DNA of 63,737 nt, filler included, from Octopus bimaculoides (lineage: Eukaryota): assembly GCF_001194135.2 (NCBI RefSeq). It is 6 parts of 6 records of this genome, joined end to end, with 100 filler letters (N's around TTAATTAATTAA, not from the genome) between each part and the next. Parts side by side here need not be neighbours in the genome. Positions count along the whole stretch, not along the records: positions 43,264 to 54,568 come from NC_068987.1; positions 54,669 to 63,737 come from NC_069007.1; 4 more parts are not named here. One strand, written 5' to 3'. Position numbers and translations under genes: made by a program. This document shows, piece after piece, positions 50,295 through 62,796 of this stretch (position 1 is its first letter; every line of letters begins with the position of its first letter). Under the pieces are notes generated by a model, which saw only the letters and a program-made list of their open reading frames with translations, was not told where the DNA came from and did not search any database.

Positions 50295-50381
50295 TCATGA
50301 ATCGCTGCTGTAGCATTCTGCTTTCGCAATACAAGAACGTAAATGGGCGGCCTTCAGTTTCGTATCGTCATCCATGTGAAC
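50295..50381 (-). CDS. Candidate terminal coding exon (VHMDDDTKLKAAHLRSCIAKAECYSSDS*)
   Basis: Strong acceptor attttattttacag|G, then 28 codons and TGA; non-repetitive, relatively GC-rich island. Confidence 0.35.
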   Translation of the reverse strand, partial: VHMDDDTKLKAAHLRSCIAKAECYSSDS

Positions 50382-51445
50382 CTGTAAAATAAAATATATA
50401 ATAAAAATGCCATATACATATTTCAAATAAGCATATTTCATACATGGCAAAGTTTGATTAATTTTTGTTGCACACAGACGATGGGTTTATGTTGGCGTGA
50501 TCAAGTTTCGTCTATAAATCACGTTTATTTTTTTTCACTGCAAAACAAATGAGAGATAGATATTCACCTGCATAGTATTATATTGTGAGACAAAATGTTA
50601 CGAACAACAGCGAGTATTTTCACAGAGTTTATGCACACACATGCGAACACATGCATTTATAAATACACATATACATTTATATATGAATAAATGTAACTAT
50701 GATTTATCTTAAGTATATATGTACATTCAAATATAACAATTCAGTGCTGAATATATCTTATCTAACTCTACTTTGGTCTATTGAGAACTTATCGTTGAAT
50801 TTCACACACACATATATTTGTAAATGTGTATTTGTGTAAATTTGAGTGCGTATGCATGACATAGTCAAAGGAAACGATTGCGAAATGAATCACAAAATAG
50901 ATAATAACAGAAAGGATAACAGAGATGAAAACATACAATCCATCGGTTACAATGGAAAGAAAGCAATTTACATAGTTTCATAGATAGAAACTAACGAGTA
51001 TTTATGTGTGTGTGTGTGGGTGTTGCATTTGTAACTTTTAATTCTTGATATCATTGCTATTTTGAGTATGTCGGAAGTAACTAAACATATGTAGACATTT
51101 TGTAACTAAACATATGTAGACATTTTGTACTTCGTTTATTAAATATTCTTTGTATATCGACCTGCCTAACTTGCTTATCCTTACATTTACCATTCTACCT
51201 GTTCAAGTTTAAATCTTTTGAGCACTACTAGGTGTATTCTATACGGAGAATTACATACACACAGACATATGCACACTCGAAATTAATCGTGTAATCCGCT
51301 ATATAATAAATGTAGGTGGTAAATATGGAAGAGCAACAGTTCCCAAGCAAGCAACTGACCAGCTAACACTTATTTTAGAATTACAATCTGCCAGGGAGTC
51401 AGGAATAATATGCACGATTTTTCCTAAATTCCACATGTACCATAC

Positions 51446-51509
51446 ATCGATTTTCTTAACAGAATCACAGCAGTAGAGCATTGTTCCTTTCTGAAGTAAC
51501 ACCTTCTTC
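51446..51509 (-). CDS. Candidate internal exon of an unidentified host gene ([22 protein letters not shown])
   Basis: ttcttcctataag| acceptor, 64 nt open, GAT|gtatgg donor; ends in phase 0, compatible with the next exon. Confidence 0.3.
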
Positions 51510-51547
51510 CTTATAGGAAGAATTGTAATAATTAAAATAACAAAGGT

Positions 51548-51660
<113 letters not shown>

Positions 51661-52069
51661 GATACATATATATGTGTGTGTGTACATACATACATACGTT
51701 GATATGTATGTATATATATATATATATATATTATGAGTAAACTGAACAGCTAATTCAATTTCCTAAGCTAAGACTTTTATAAACACACACTCCCACATGT
51801 TTTACGTATGCCAATTATATTTCCACGTTGATATCATTATAATTGGCTGAAACTAGTATTAATTTTATTTATATTTTTATCTATTCATTTATTTATTTTA
51901 TTTCTTTCATAATTTGCTGTAATAATTTCTAAAGAATACGCATTGATTTCAGTGCTAATCAGGATATATAATGGGTGCCTTTTGTTTGCATAGCCTTGTT
52001 TATGTGTGTGAAAAACCATGAGTGTGCATGCATGAGTGTACATGTGTACAGATGCGCATACTTACATTC

Positions 52070-52105
<36 letters not shown>

Positions 52106-54204
52106 GAATAGATACATAGATATATCTTCGCGTGCGTTGCTGTATCTGTGCGTTTCAACGTGTGCATGAGGAAATATAGATCATATATGTATGAAGAAAA
52201 TATTTCCTTGACTTCTTAGTTAATTTTAAGCGATTTTAAACTATTCTATGTACTTCAGTAATTGATAAATTGCTTTTCTCACTAATGCATAATAACAATC
52301 AATTGTTTAATATGCTCGTACATACTTTAGCATGTGTACAGAAACCTTGGCACGGTGCATTCGCACACAGTCGTATATCATTTAATATGCTTGTATATGC
52401 CAGCACAGAAGGCTTTACTTGTGTGTGTATGTGTGCATAGCGTATGCTTGAGTATATGTGATTACCTATCTCCCTATCTGACAGTGTTTCTAAAAATCTG
52501 TCGGTCTGTTACCCCTCTCTCCCTTTACATATATATATATACATGACGCTCATACGCATGCACACGCACAGACAAACACACAGAGACATGCACACGAACG
52601 CTCACACACACACACATATATACATACATACACACACATACACACACGCATAGACACACATTAGAATTAATTTAATACGGAAAACAACATCTTATGCTTA
52701 AAAAAACCTACACGCGTTTCAGTATATCACTATTTAGCAAAGAATAGAAAGAAAAGGTCTGGATTGGTTAATATATATATACAAATATATATATACAAAT
52801 ATATATATATATANNNNNNNNNNNNNNNNNNNNNNNNNNNNNNNNNNNNNNNNNNNNNNNNNNNNNNNNNNNNNNNNNNNNNNNNNNNNNNNNNNNNNNN
52901 NNNNNNNNNNNNNNNNNNNNNNNNNNNNNNNNNNNNNNNNNNNNNNNNNNNNNNNNNNNNNNNNNNNNNNNNNNNNNNNNNNNNNNNNNNNNNNNNNNNN
53001 NNNNNNNNNNNNNNNNNNNNNNNNNNNNNNNNNNNNNNNNNNNNNNNNNNNNNNNNNNNNNNNNNNNNNNNNNNNNNNNNNNNNNNNNNNNNNNNNNNNN
53101 NNNNNNNNNNNNNNNNNNNNNNNNNNNNNNNNNNNNNNNNNNNNNNNNNNNNNNNNNNNNNNNNNNNNNNNNNNNNNNNNNNNNNNNNNNNNNNNNNNNN
53201 NNNNNNNNNNNNNNNNNNNNNNNNNNNNNNNNNNNNNNNNNNNNNNNNNNNNNNNNNNNNNNNNNNNNNNNNNNNNNNNNNNNNNNNNNNNNNNNNNNNN
53301 NNNNNNNNNNNNNNNNNNNNNNNNNNNNNNNNNNNNNNNNNNNNNNNNNNNNNNNNNNNNNNNNNNNNNNNNNNNNNNNNNNNNNNNNNNNNNNNNNNNN
53401 NNNNNNNNNNNNNNNNNNNNNNNNNNNNNNNNNNNNNNNNNNNNNNNNNNNNNNNNNNNNNNNNNNNNNNNNNNNNNNNNNNNNNNNNNNNNNNNNNNNN
53501 NNNNNNNNNNNNNNNNNNNNNNNNNNNNNNNNNNNNNNNNNNNNNNNNNNNNNNNNNNNNNNNNNNNNNNNNNNNNNNNNNNNNNNNNNNNNNNNNNNNN
53601 NNNNNNNNNNNNNNNNNNNNNNNNNNNNNNNNNNNNNNNNNNNNNNNNNNNNAATGCGCTCAACCAAAGGATTCTAAACGGCTGTTTCTGGTATTAAAGA
53701 GGCTGGTGGCTGATGTGGACAACTAATGGAGACACTAAATACCCCCACGAAAGCTTTGATGGGCCCAAATCTGTAGAAGACAACTCTACTCCTGTGGCCT
53801 GTCGATAACAATCGAAAACGGAAGCACATTTTTCCAAAGCGATCTCGTGAAACACTTATCAATAGCTGCACTTATTTTTATGAAGAATTATATGAAATAA
53901 ATACGATATACAACATAAACAGGCTGTATGTTAATAACACATCCATTCTTGTACCCCTTCATGAAGTGTTAGATAAGATATTACTTATACAACATACCAG
54001 CTGTATGTATAAAATATTCAGAAGAAGCAGACCATATGTAAAATGCAGTAACAAGCATATTTTTAGATTAATGAAATAATCATTATGGCTTAGGAATAGA
54101 AAGGTCTAAAAGTATTATATGATTGTGTCTACAAATCGAGGGAAGAAAAAAGCATTAATGATTAATGAGAGCTTCAGACTTAAAGGTATATGTGCGTCTG
54201 AGTG

Positions 54205-54271
<67 letters not shown>

Positions 54272-54511
54272 NNNNNNNNNNNNNNNNNNNNNNNNNNNNN
54301 NNNNNNNNNNNNNNNATATATATATACTTATACATATATATATACTTATACATATATATATATACTTATACATATATATATACTTACTTATGTACATGTA
54401 TACACACACACACATATATATATATATATACATACATATGCACATATGCGTGTCCGTGTGTGTGTCTAAATATATATAGATCTGTATGTGTGTGTATGTG
54501 TATATACATAT

Positions 54512-54568
<57 letters not shown>

Positions 54569-54819
54569 NNNNNNNNNNNNNNNNNNNNNNNNNNNNNNNN
54601 NNNNNNNNNNNNTTAATTAATTAANNNNNNNNNNNNNNNNNNNNNNNNNNNNNNNNNNNNNNNNNNNNAGATGCCTAGTTAAATGTATTGCTGGGAGTAA
54701 ACAAAAACCTCACCTGTCTTTAAGGTAATCGGTAATGGCTGTATTTGCAGCTTATTGACATTTATGCTGGTTCCGTCTTAGCAAAACACAGGAAAACATT
54801 ACAATTTACCTTCATGCTG

Positions 54820-54856
<37 letters not shown>

Positions 54857-54883
54857 CTCTCCTCTCACCCCTCTCTCTCTCTA

Positions 54884-55025
54884 GGTGTAGTATGGCTATG
54901 TGGTCATGAAGCTTGTTGTCTGACCAAGTGGTTGCCAGTTCAGTCCCACTGCATGACATTTTCGGCAAGTGTCTTCTGCTATAGTCTTGCAAAGGTGACC
55001 AATGCCTTGAGAGTGAATTTACTAG
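54884..55025 (+). mobile_element. Family B SINE head
   Basis: GGCTATGTGGT...GTTCAGTCCCACTGC...GGCAAGTGTCTTCT. Confidence 0.7.
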
Positions 55026-55078
55026 ACAATGTACATTGAGACAGACAGGTAGGCAGGCAGACAGACAAGCAGGCGTGC

Positions 55079-55132
<54 letters not shown>

Positions 55133-55595
55133 GCAGGCAGGCAGACTAGCAGGCATGCAGCCTGGTAGACTGAGGGATAGTTAGATAGACATAGATAAAT
55201 AGATAGATAGATAGATACATACATACATACATACAGACAGACAGACAAGGAGTAAGAGTGAGACAGAGAGAGAGAGAAAGAGAGAGAGAGGGAAGAGACG
55301 GATAGATAGACAGACAGACAGAGAGTAACAGAGAAAGAGAGAGAGTGAGAGAAAAACAGAGAGTGAGAGAGAAACAGAGAGTGAGAGGGGGCATACATAC
55401 ATACAGGCAGACAGACAGACAGAAACCTCGGAATGTAGTGAGAGAAGGGGTAAGAGAGAGAAAGAGAGGGAGAGAGAGGGAGAGAGAGATAGAGAGAGAG
55501 AAGCAGAGTGTAGGAAAGACACTTATAGAGATAAGAACACACAGCGGAGAGATAGAGATGTACAAATATATGTATAGACATAGAGAGACAGATAA

Positions 55596-55634
<39 letters not shown>

Positions 55635-56503
55635 NNNNNNNNNNNNNNNNNNNNNNNNNNNNNNNNNNNNNNNNNNNNNNNNNNNNNNNNNNNNNNNNNN
55701 NNNNNNNNNNNNNNNNNNNNNNNNNNNNNNNNNNNNNNNNNNNNNNNNNNNNNNNNNNNNNNNNNNNNNNNNNNNNNNNNNNNNNNNNNNNNNNNNNNNN
55801 NNNNNNNNNNNNNNNNNNNNNNNNNNNNNNNNNNNNNNNNNNNNNNNNNNNNNNNNNNNNNNNNNNNNNNNNNNNNNNNNNNNNNNNNNNNNNNNNNNNN
55901 NNNNNNNNNNNNNNNNNNNNNNNNNNNNNNNNNNNNNNNNNNNNNNNNNNNNNNNNNNNNNNNNNNNNNNNNNNNNNNNNNNNNNNNNNNNNNNNNNNNN
56001 NNNNNNNNNNNNNNNNNNNNNNNNNNNNNNNNNNNNNNNNNNNNNNNNNNNNNNNNNNNNNNNNNNNNNNNNNNNNNNNNNNNNNNNNNNNNNNNNNNNN
56101 NNNNNNNNNNNNNNNNNNNNNNNNNNNNNNNNNNNNNNNNNNNNNNNNNNNNNNNNNNNNNNNNNNNNNATTGAAACTGCCAGAAATATCGCCCTCCCTC
56201 AAAAATCCACGATATCAGAAAGGTCAGACTGGAAAACAGAATGCTTTTAAATGCATTGTGCCTCGAAAAATGACGAGGTGGTCGAGGCTGGATTGTCTTT
56301 CATCACAGGTCTGTTTTGATCAAGACCTTACCTGTGGCTAAACATCAACACAAACACACACACACACACAACTCGCTTGTCACACGCACCAACAACATTG
56401 CTCACATAAATGTTAAAAAACTTAGGATCTCCGTCAGTGTCGGCGATGACTATTTCAGTTGTTCGAAGTTACAGTCAACTCATTGAATTACTATTATTTA
56501 AAA

Positions 56504-56775
56504 GCATTTCGGCTGTCTTTACGTTCTGAGTTCAAATTCCGCCGAGATCGACTTTGCCTTTCATCCTTTCGGGGTCGATAAATTAAGTACCAGTTGAACA
56601 CTGGGGCTGATGTAATCGACTTGTCCCCACCTCGCCCAAGCTGCCCCTGTGGCAAAAATTTGCCGAGGTCGACTTTGCCTTTCCTCTTTTCGGGGTCGAT
56701 AAAATAAGCACCAGTTGAGCACTGGGTCCACGTAATCAGCTATGCCCCTCCCCTCAAATCTTGGGCTTTTTGCCT
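56504..56775 (+). mobile_element. Family A SINE with duplicated core
   Basis: GCCGAG.TCGACTTTGCCTTTC...GGGGTCGATAAA occurs twice (about 56540 and 56663). Confidence 0.8.
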
Positions 56776-56796
56776 ATAGTAATAAGTATAATTATA

Positions 56797-56950
56797 GGCG
56801 CCAGCTTGACTGAGTGATTAAAAAGCTTGTTATGTAACCACATGGTTTCAGTTTCGGTCCCACTGCGCGACACCTTGGGCAAACATCTATTATAGCCCTA
56901 AGCCAACCAATGTCCTGTTAGTGGATTTCGTCGATGGAAACTGTGACGAA
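56797..56950 (+). mobile_element. Family B SINE head
   Basis: GTTTCGGTCCCACTGCGCGACACCTTGGGCAA...GTGGATTTCGTCGATGGAAACTG. Confidence 0.7.
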
Positions 56951-57072
56951 TCCTGTGGTGGATAATACACTCTGTTTCTTTACGTTGTCTTTGAGTTGTA
57001 TTTTTTGCATCATATGTATGTGTACGTACGTACGTTCGTACGTACGTACGTTCGTACGTACGTACGTATGTA

Positions 57073-57371
57073 CAAGGTTTAGTGAAAAACTATCCGACCT
57101 TTGGCCAAAAAACAAGTAATATTTAAAAATTTACCATTTTGATTTAGTCTCTCTTTCAAAGTATTCGCCTTGAGAGTCTTCACACTTCTGCCAGCGTTCC
57201 TGCCACTGCTGGAAACATTTCTGGGAATCACTTTTTGGGATGCTGTAGAGCTGTGCCTTAGAATTTTGCTTCGTGTCCTCTGTTGTCTCAAATCTTCTCC
57301 CTTTGAGTGTATTTTTTTTTTGAGCTTTGGGAATAGCCAAAAGTCTCACGGAGCTAAGTCTGGGGAGCAGG
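57073..57371 (-). mobile_element. Mariner transposase C-terminal fragment with terminal repeat
   Basis: SPDLAP*DFWLFPK...LKGRRF...CFQQWQERWQKCEDSQGEYFE, ending at a TA. The 5' part lies in a gap. Confidence 0.9.
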
Positions 57372-58086
57372 NNNNNNNNNNNNNNNNNNNNNNNNNNNNN
57401 NNNNNNNNNNNNNNNNNNNNNNNNNNNNNNNNNNNNNNNNNNNNNNNNNNNNNNNNNNNNNNNNNNNNNNNNNNNNNNNNNNNNNNNNNNNNNNNNNNNN
57501 NNNNNNNNNNNNNNNNNNNNNNNNNNNNNNNNNNNNNNNNNNNNNNNNNNNNNNNNNNNNNNNNNNNNNNNNNNNNNNNNNNNNNNNNNNNNNNNNNNNN
57601 NNNNNNNNNNNNNNNNNNNNNNNNNNNNNNNNNNNNNNNNNNNNNNNNNNNNNNNNNNNNNNNNNNNNNNNNNNNNNNNNNNNNNNNNNNNNNNNNNNNN
57701 NNNNNNNNNNNNNNNNNNNNNNNNNNNNNNNNNNNNNNNNNNNNNNNNNNNNNNNNNNNNNNNNNNNNNNNNNNNNNNNNNNNNNNNNNNNNNNNNNNNN
57801 NNNNNNNNNNNNNNNNNNNNNNNNNNNNNNNNNNNNNNNNNNNNNNNNNNNNNNNNNNNNNNNNNNNNNNNNNNNNNNNNNNNNNNNNNNNNNNNNNNNN
57901 NNNNNNNNNNNNNNNNNNNNNNNNNNNNNNNNNNNNNNNNNNNNNNNNNNNNNNNNNNNNNNNNNNNNNNNNNNNNNNTATATATATATATATATATGGG
58001 AGAATTTACGAAAAAAACAACAGACGAGGACAGGTGGTGTAAACAACAAAAGGATGTATTAGTTTAACGCTCGGGAATAGAGAAAG

Positions 58087-58123
58087 TCTTTAACGTTTCG
58101 AGCTACGCTCTTCAACAGAAAGA
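58087..58123 (-). ncRNA. Hammerhead motif, A6U core variant (HHR-7), in a short PLE-end-like repeat
   Basis: Minus strand TCTTT-CTGTTGA-A-GAGC-gta-GCTC-GAAA-CGT-T^AAAGA. Stem I is 5 bp, stem II 4 bp, stem III palindromic ACGT. Flanks resemble 26600-26760 and 25661-25740. Confidence 0.7.
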
Positions 58124-58186
58124 ATACGGAGAAAACAAGGAGAAAAACACGGAGAAAAAAAATTTGAATGTTGTGGTCAGCGATCT

Positions 58187-58217
<31 letters not shown>

Positions 58218-58249
58218 GCTATGTATGTATCTATGTATTATACGGTGGA

Positions 58250-58432
58250 TGCTTATGTCTGCCATTCCCTCCCATTTGACAACCGGTGTTGGTTTATTTA
58301 CATTCCCGTAACTTAGCGGTTCTGTAAAAAAGTACGAAAGAAAGAAAATAAGTACTGGGGTCGATTTGTTCATTTAAACCTTTCAAAGCAGTGCCCCAGC
58401 ATGGCCGCTGTTCAATCAGTGAAACAAGTAAA
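58250..58432 (+). mobile_element. Family B SINE 3' half
   Basis: TTGACAACCGGTGTTGG...GGGGTCGATTTG...CAGCATGGCCGC. Confidence 0.75.
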
Positions 58433-58869
58433 ACCCCCAAAAAAGGAACAAGATAAGGCAAGGCATACTGACAGTGGCCGAGTATTCCATAGGCACGTGC
58501 ACCCTTAGCGTAATACTCAAGTAGAATCAGCGAGTGTCACATTGTGACAATGCTGGATATATTTAAAGTACTGTACAATCCACGAGACGAGCTTCCATAC
58601 AGTTTCCGTTTGTCAAATTCTCACTCAACGGACAAGTTAGTGTAGAAAAAGAAACAAAAAAAAAAATTACCCGAGAAAGTCGAGCAACGGGATCGAACTT
58701 ATGGTGTCGTGATTACGAAGTGAACGTCTTAACCACTCGGTCATACTTTACTCTATGTATCTCCCTCCCCCCTCCGTTTTTAAACTCACGTATACCTTGT
58801 GATACCTGTAACATATACACGTGCACACATACTCATATACCTGCCTCATACATCTTTATATATACATAC

Positions 58870-58916
<47 letters not shown>

Positions 58917-59220
58917 AACAGACGCATACACATGTACATACACATTTGGTGGGAGAAAGAGAGGAGGAAGAAGAGAAACAGACATCGTAGAAAGGGGGTA
59001 GAATTGAGGTGAAGGAAGATGGTGGTAGGAGGAAGATTCATACAAACGAAGGGGAGGGAAGGCTGTATGTGTGTGTGTGTGTGTGTGAGAGTATTATGGA
59101 GTATGTGCATATACGTGTATGTAAATCTGTGTGTGTTCATGCATAAATACAAATATGTAACGGTATGCGTGTTTGTGTGTGTATATATACATACATACAT
59201 GTACATATATGTATATATAA

Positions 59221-59382
59221 GGCGCAAGAGTGGTTGTGTGGTAACTAACTTGCTTACCAATCACATGGTTCCGGGTTCAGTACCACTGCGTGGCACCTTG
59301 GGCAAGTGTCTTCTACTCTAGTCTCAAGCCAACCAAACCCTTGTGAGTGGATTTGGTAGACGGAAACAGAAAGAAGCCCGTC

Positions 59383-59430
<48 letters not shown>

Positions 59431-59636
59431 ATGTATTTGTGTGTCTGTGTTTGTCCCCACACCCCCACCATCGCTTGACAACCGATGTTGGTGTGTTTAC
59501 GTCTCCGTAACTTAGCGGTTCGGCAAAAGTGATTAAGTGCTAGGCTTGCGAAGAATATGTCGATTTGTTCGACTAAAAGCGGTGCCCCAGCATGGTCGCA
59601 GTCAAATGACTGACACAAGTACGAGAGTAAAAGAAT
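59221..59636 (+). mobile_element. tRNA-derived SINE family B, full length with internal (TA)n/(TG)n
   Basis: Head GGCGCAAGAGTGG.TGTGTGGTAA...GGTTCAGT.CCACTGCGTGGCACCTTGGGCAAGTGTCTT, an internal microsatellite, 3' half CGCTTGACAACCGATG...CAGCATGG.CGCAGTCAAATGACTGA, tail (AAAGAGT)n. Confidence 0.9.
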
Positions 59637-59678
59637 ATATATATATATATATATATATATACTGCATACACACATACA

Positions 59679-59735
<57 letters not shown>

Positions 59736-60799
59736 GCATATATATATCAATCTACTTACAGATATAATAGATCGTGTGTGTGTGTGTGTGTGTGTGTGTA
59801 GATGCAAAAACAAACATTAAAATAAGAGAAACAAAAGTAACAACAATAATATTTACTACAACAGCGAGAAGAAGAAGAAACAACAATTTTGAAGTCAGGT
59901 TTCGGTAAGAGAAATTAATTATTGCCAAGGGTAGGAGGAAAGAAATGAGAGGGAGATAGGGTAGGAGGAAGCAATCGGGGAATGGGAAGATAGGAAGGAA
60001 GTGTAAGGGAGGGTGGGAAGGAGGAAGGATGGAAGGGAAGGGGAGAGAGAAAGAATGAAAGATAAAACTGGAGAAAGGGAAAGACTGTAGGAGAATGTGA
60101 AGGATGGAAAGAGAGAGAAAGAAGCAGACGGGAAAGTGAAAGAGAAAGTTAGATAAACGAGAGTGGGAAGCAGAAAGAAAGAATTGTGGAAGAGAGATAG
60201 GGAAAGGAAGAGAGAACGAATCAGTGAGGGAGAGAGACAAGAGGGGAAAGGGTGTGAGTGTGAGAGATGAGTTGAGTGAAGGAGAGAGAAAGGCGGAGTA
60301 GGAAAGGGAGGGAGGNNNNNNNNNNNNNNNNNNNNNNNNNNNNNNNNNNNNNNNNNNNNNNNNNNNNNNNNNNNNNNNNNNNNNNNNNNNNNNNNNNNNN
60401 NNNNNNNNNNNNNNNNNNNNNNNNNNNNNNNNNNNNNNNNNNNNNNNNNNNNNNNNNNNNNNNNNNNNNNNNNNNNNNNNNNNNNNNNNNNNNNNNNNNN
60501 NNNNNNNNNNNNNNNNNNNNNNNNNNNNNNNNNNNNNNNNNNNNNNNNNNNNNNNNNNNNNNNNNNNNNNNNNNNNNNNNNNNNNNNNNNNNNNNNNNNN
60601 NNNNNNNNNNNNNNNNNNNNNNNNNNNNNNNNNNNNNNNNNNNNNNNNNNNCACCACCACCACCGACAACATCACTAAAACTCCCACCTCCTCCATCAAT
60701 GTCACCGCCGCCGCCGCCGCCACCACCACCTACAACAACAACAACAACAGCAAAACCACACGACTTTTACTCTCAGCGATTATCACAAACTCTAGTTTT

Positions 60800-61093
60800 C
60801 AACGTGGTCGCAGACCTGCTAGAAGCAACAGCCAAATCCCTCTCGAATCACACCATCGCATTGGCTTAGAAACGAAGTAAAGACACGTTGGATAAATGTA
60901 CTGACAATCATACTTATACCTGGAAAATAATAAACGACGGGATTGTCACGACTGGAAAGCCTTTAATTAGAGGCGAACCGGGAACACTACTTTTTATGAA
61001 CCCACGAGAAAGCCTTTAAGTGGTCGTTCGATCGGCAAGAAAAAGCAGTCAAATCTTCCTCAAATCACACCCTTCCTGTGTTTATTATTATTA

Positions 61094-61131
<38 letters not shown>

Positions 61132-61290
61132 TTAATAATTTGTTTTCTTTAAAGACACATTAGATAATGTTGTCTTAAGCACCAAACAACAACAAAAAAA
61201 AAGGGAACGATCACTGCTGAAATGCGTTTGGTTGTATATCCTCTTTGTTTACGGTCGACCTGGGGTTAAATAAGAATGTTAATAGTACAA
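60800..61290 (+). repeat. Two tandem copies of an interspersed repeat (family C)
   Basis: CTAGAAGCAACAGCCAAATC...TCAAATCACACC...GACAC.TT.GATAA. Related fragments at about 310-400, 20490, 22990, 45160 and 56180-56350. Confidence 0.55.
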
Positions 61291-61697
61291 CATTAATTAC
61301 GACGACGACGACAATGACTACATTCAAGACAGAACCGGCAATATCAACATTCATCTGACTGAGGTGAGTTTATTCATTCATTCATTCATTCATTCGTTCA
61401 TTCGTTCATTCATATGTATTATATATGCACATATACATACAGACAGACAGACAGAAAGACAGTCAGATAGATAGAGAAATAGACACACACACACACACAT
61501 ATATATATATATTTATATATACATATACACATACGCGCATTACAAATATATATATGTATGTGTGTGTACGTACGTATATACATTCACACACACACACACA
61601 CATATATATAATTCATACATACATGCGAATTTACACACACACAAACACACACGTGTATGTATGTGTACACAAATCCAAGCGCGTGTACCTGTTTATG

Positions 61698-61729
<32 letters not shown>

Positions 61730-61811
61730 CAGAAAGAGATATGTAGATAGATAGATAGACAGACAGAAAGAGATATGTAGATAGATAGACAGACAGATAG
61801 AAAGAGATATG

Positions 61812-61858
<47 letters not shown>

Positions 61859-62129
61859 GCTGAGAGAGAGAGACAGATAGACAGACTGATAGATACATAC
61901 ATACACCACCACTTACCCCCCTCGGGAACCCCAACACCGCTGATACCTGGCACCACAGAACACTAATAACATCACAAACGATTACAAACACCTCAGAACA
62001 CCCTGTTGACACCGCCGGCTCTATACTATGTACTATACCACGCCATATAGCATTCTGTTGACACCACCCAATACCACAGTCGCTACAGTAACATCAACAA
62101 TCTGAATACTTTACACACCTGATGCCTCC

Positions 62130-62168
<39 letters not shown>

Positions 62169-62298
62169 TACACACATACATACCCTGTTGTTGAAATTCC
62201 AATGAAGGAACCTTGAATCTAGGTTAGAAACCGGTTCTTTCTCTATTGGCAAGAAATCTTGGAATAAACTGAATAATGACACACATACATACATAAAT

Positions 62299-62351
<53 letters not shown>

Positions 62352-62443
62352 CATACATACACACAAACACACACATACATACATATATGCATACACACAT
62401 ACCTACCTACATACATACATACATACATACACACAAATACATA

Positions 62444-62796
62444 TCTCTTTTACTCTTTTACTTGTTTCAGTCATTTGACTGCGGCCATGCTGGAGCGCTG
62501 CCTTTAGTCGAGTAAATCGACCCCAGGACTTATTCTTTGGATGCCTAGTACTTATTCTATCGGTCTGTTTTGCCGAACCGCTTAGTTACGGGGACGTAAA
62601 CACACTACCATCGGTTGTCAAGCGATGTTGGGGGGACAAACACAGACATATATTTATATACATATATACGACAGGCTTCTTTCAGTTTCCGTCTACCAAA
62701 TCCACTCACAAGGTTTTGGTCGGCCCGAGGCTATAGTAGAAGACACTTGCCCAAGGTGCCATGCAGTGGGACTGAACCCGGAACCATGTGGTTGGT
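62444..62796 (-). mobile_element. Family B SINE
   Basis: Reverse complement of the family B pattern; the head runs into a gap. Confidence 0.9.
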
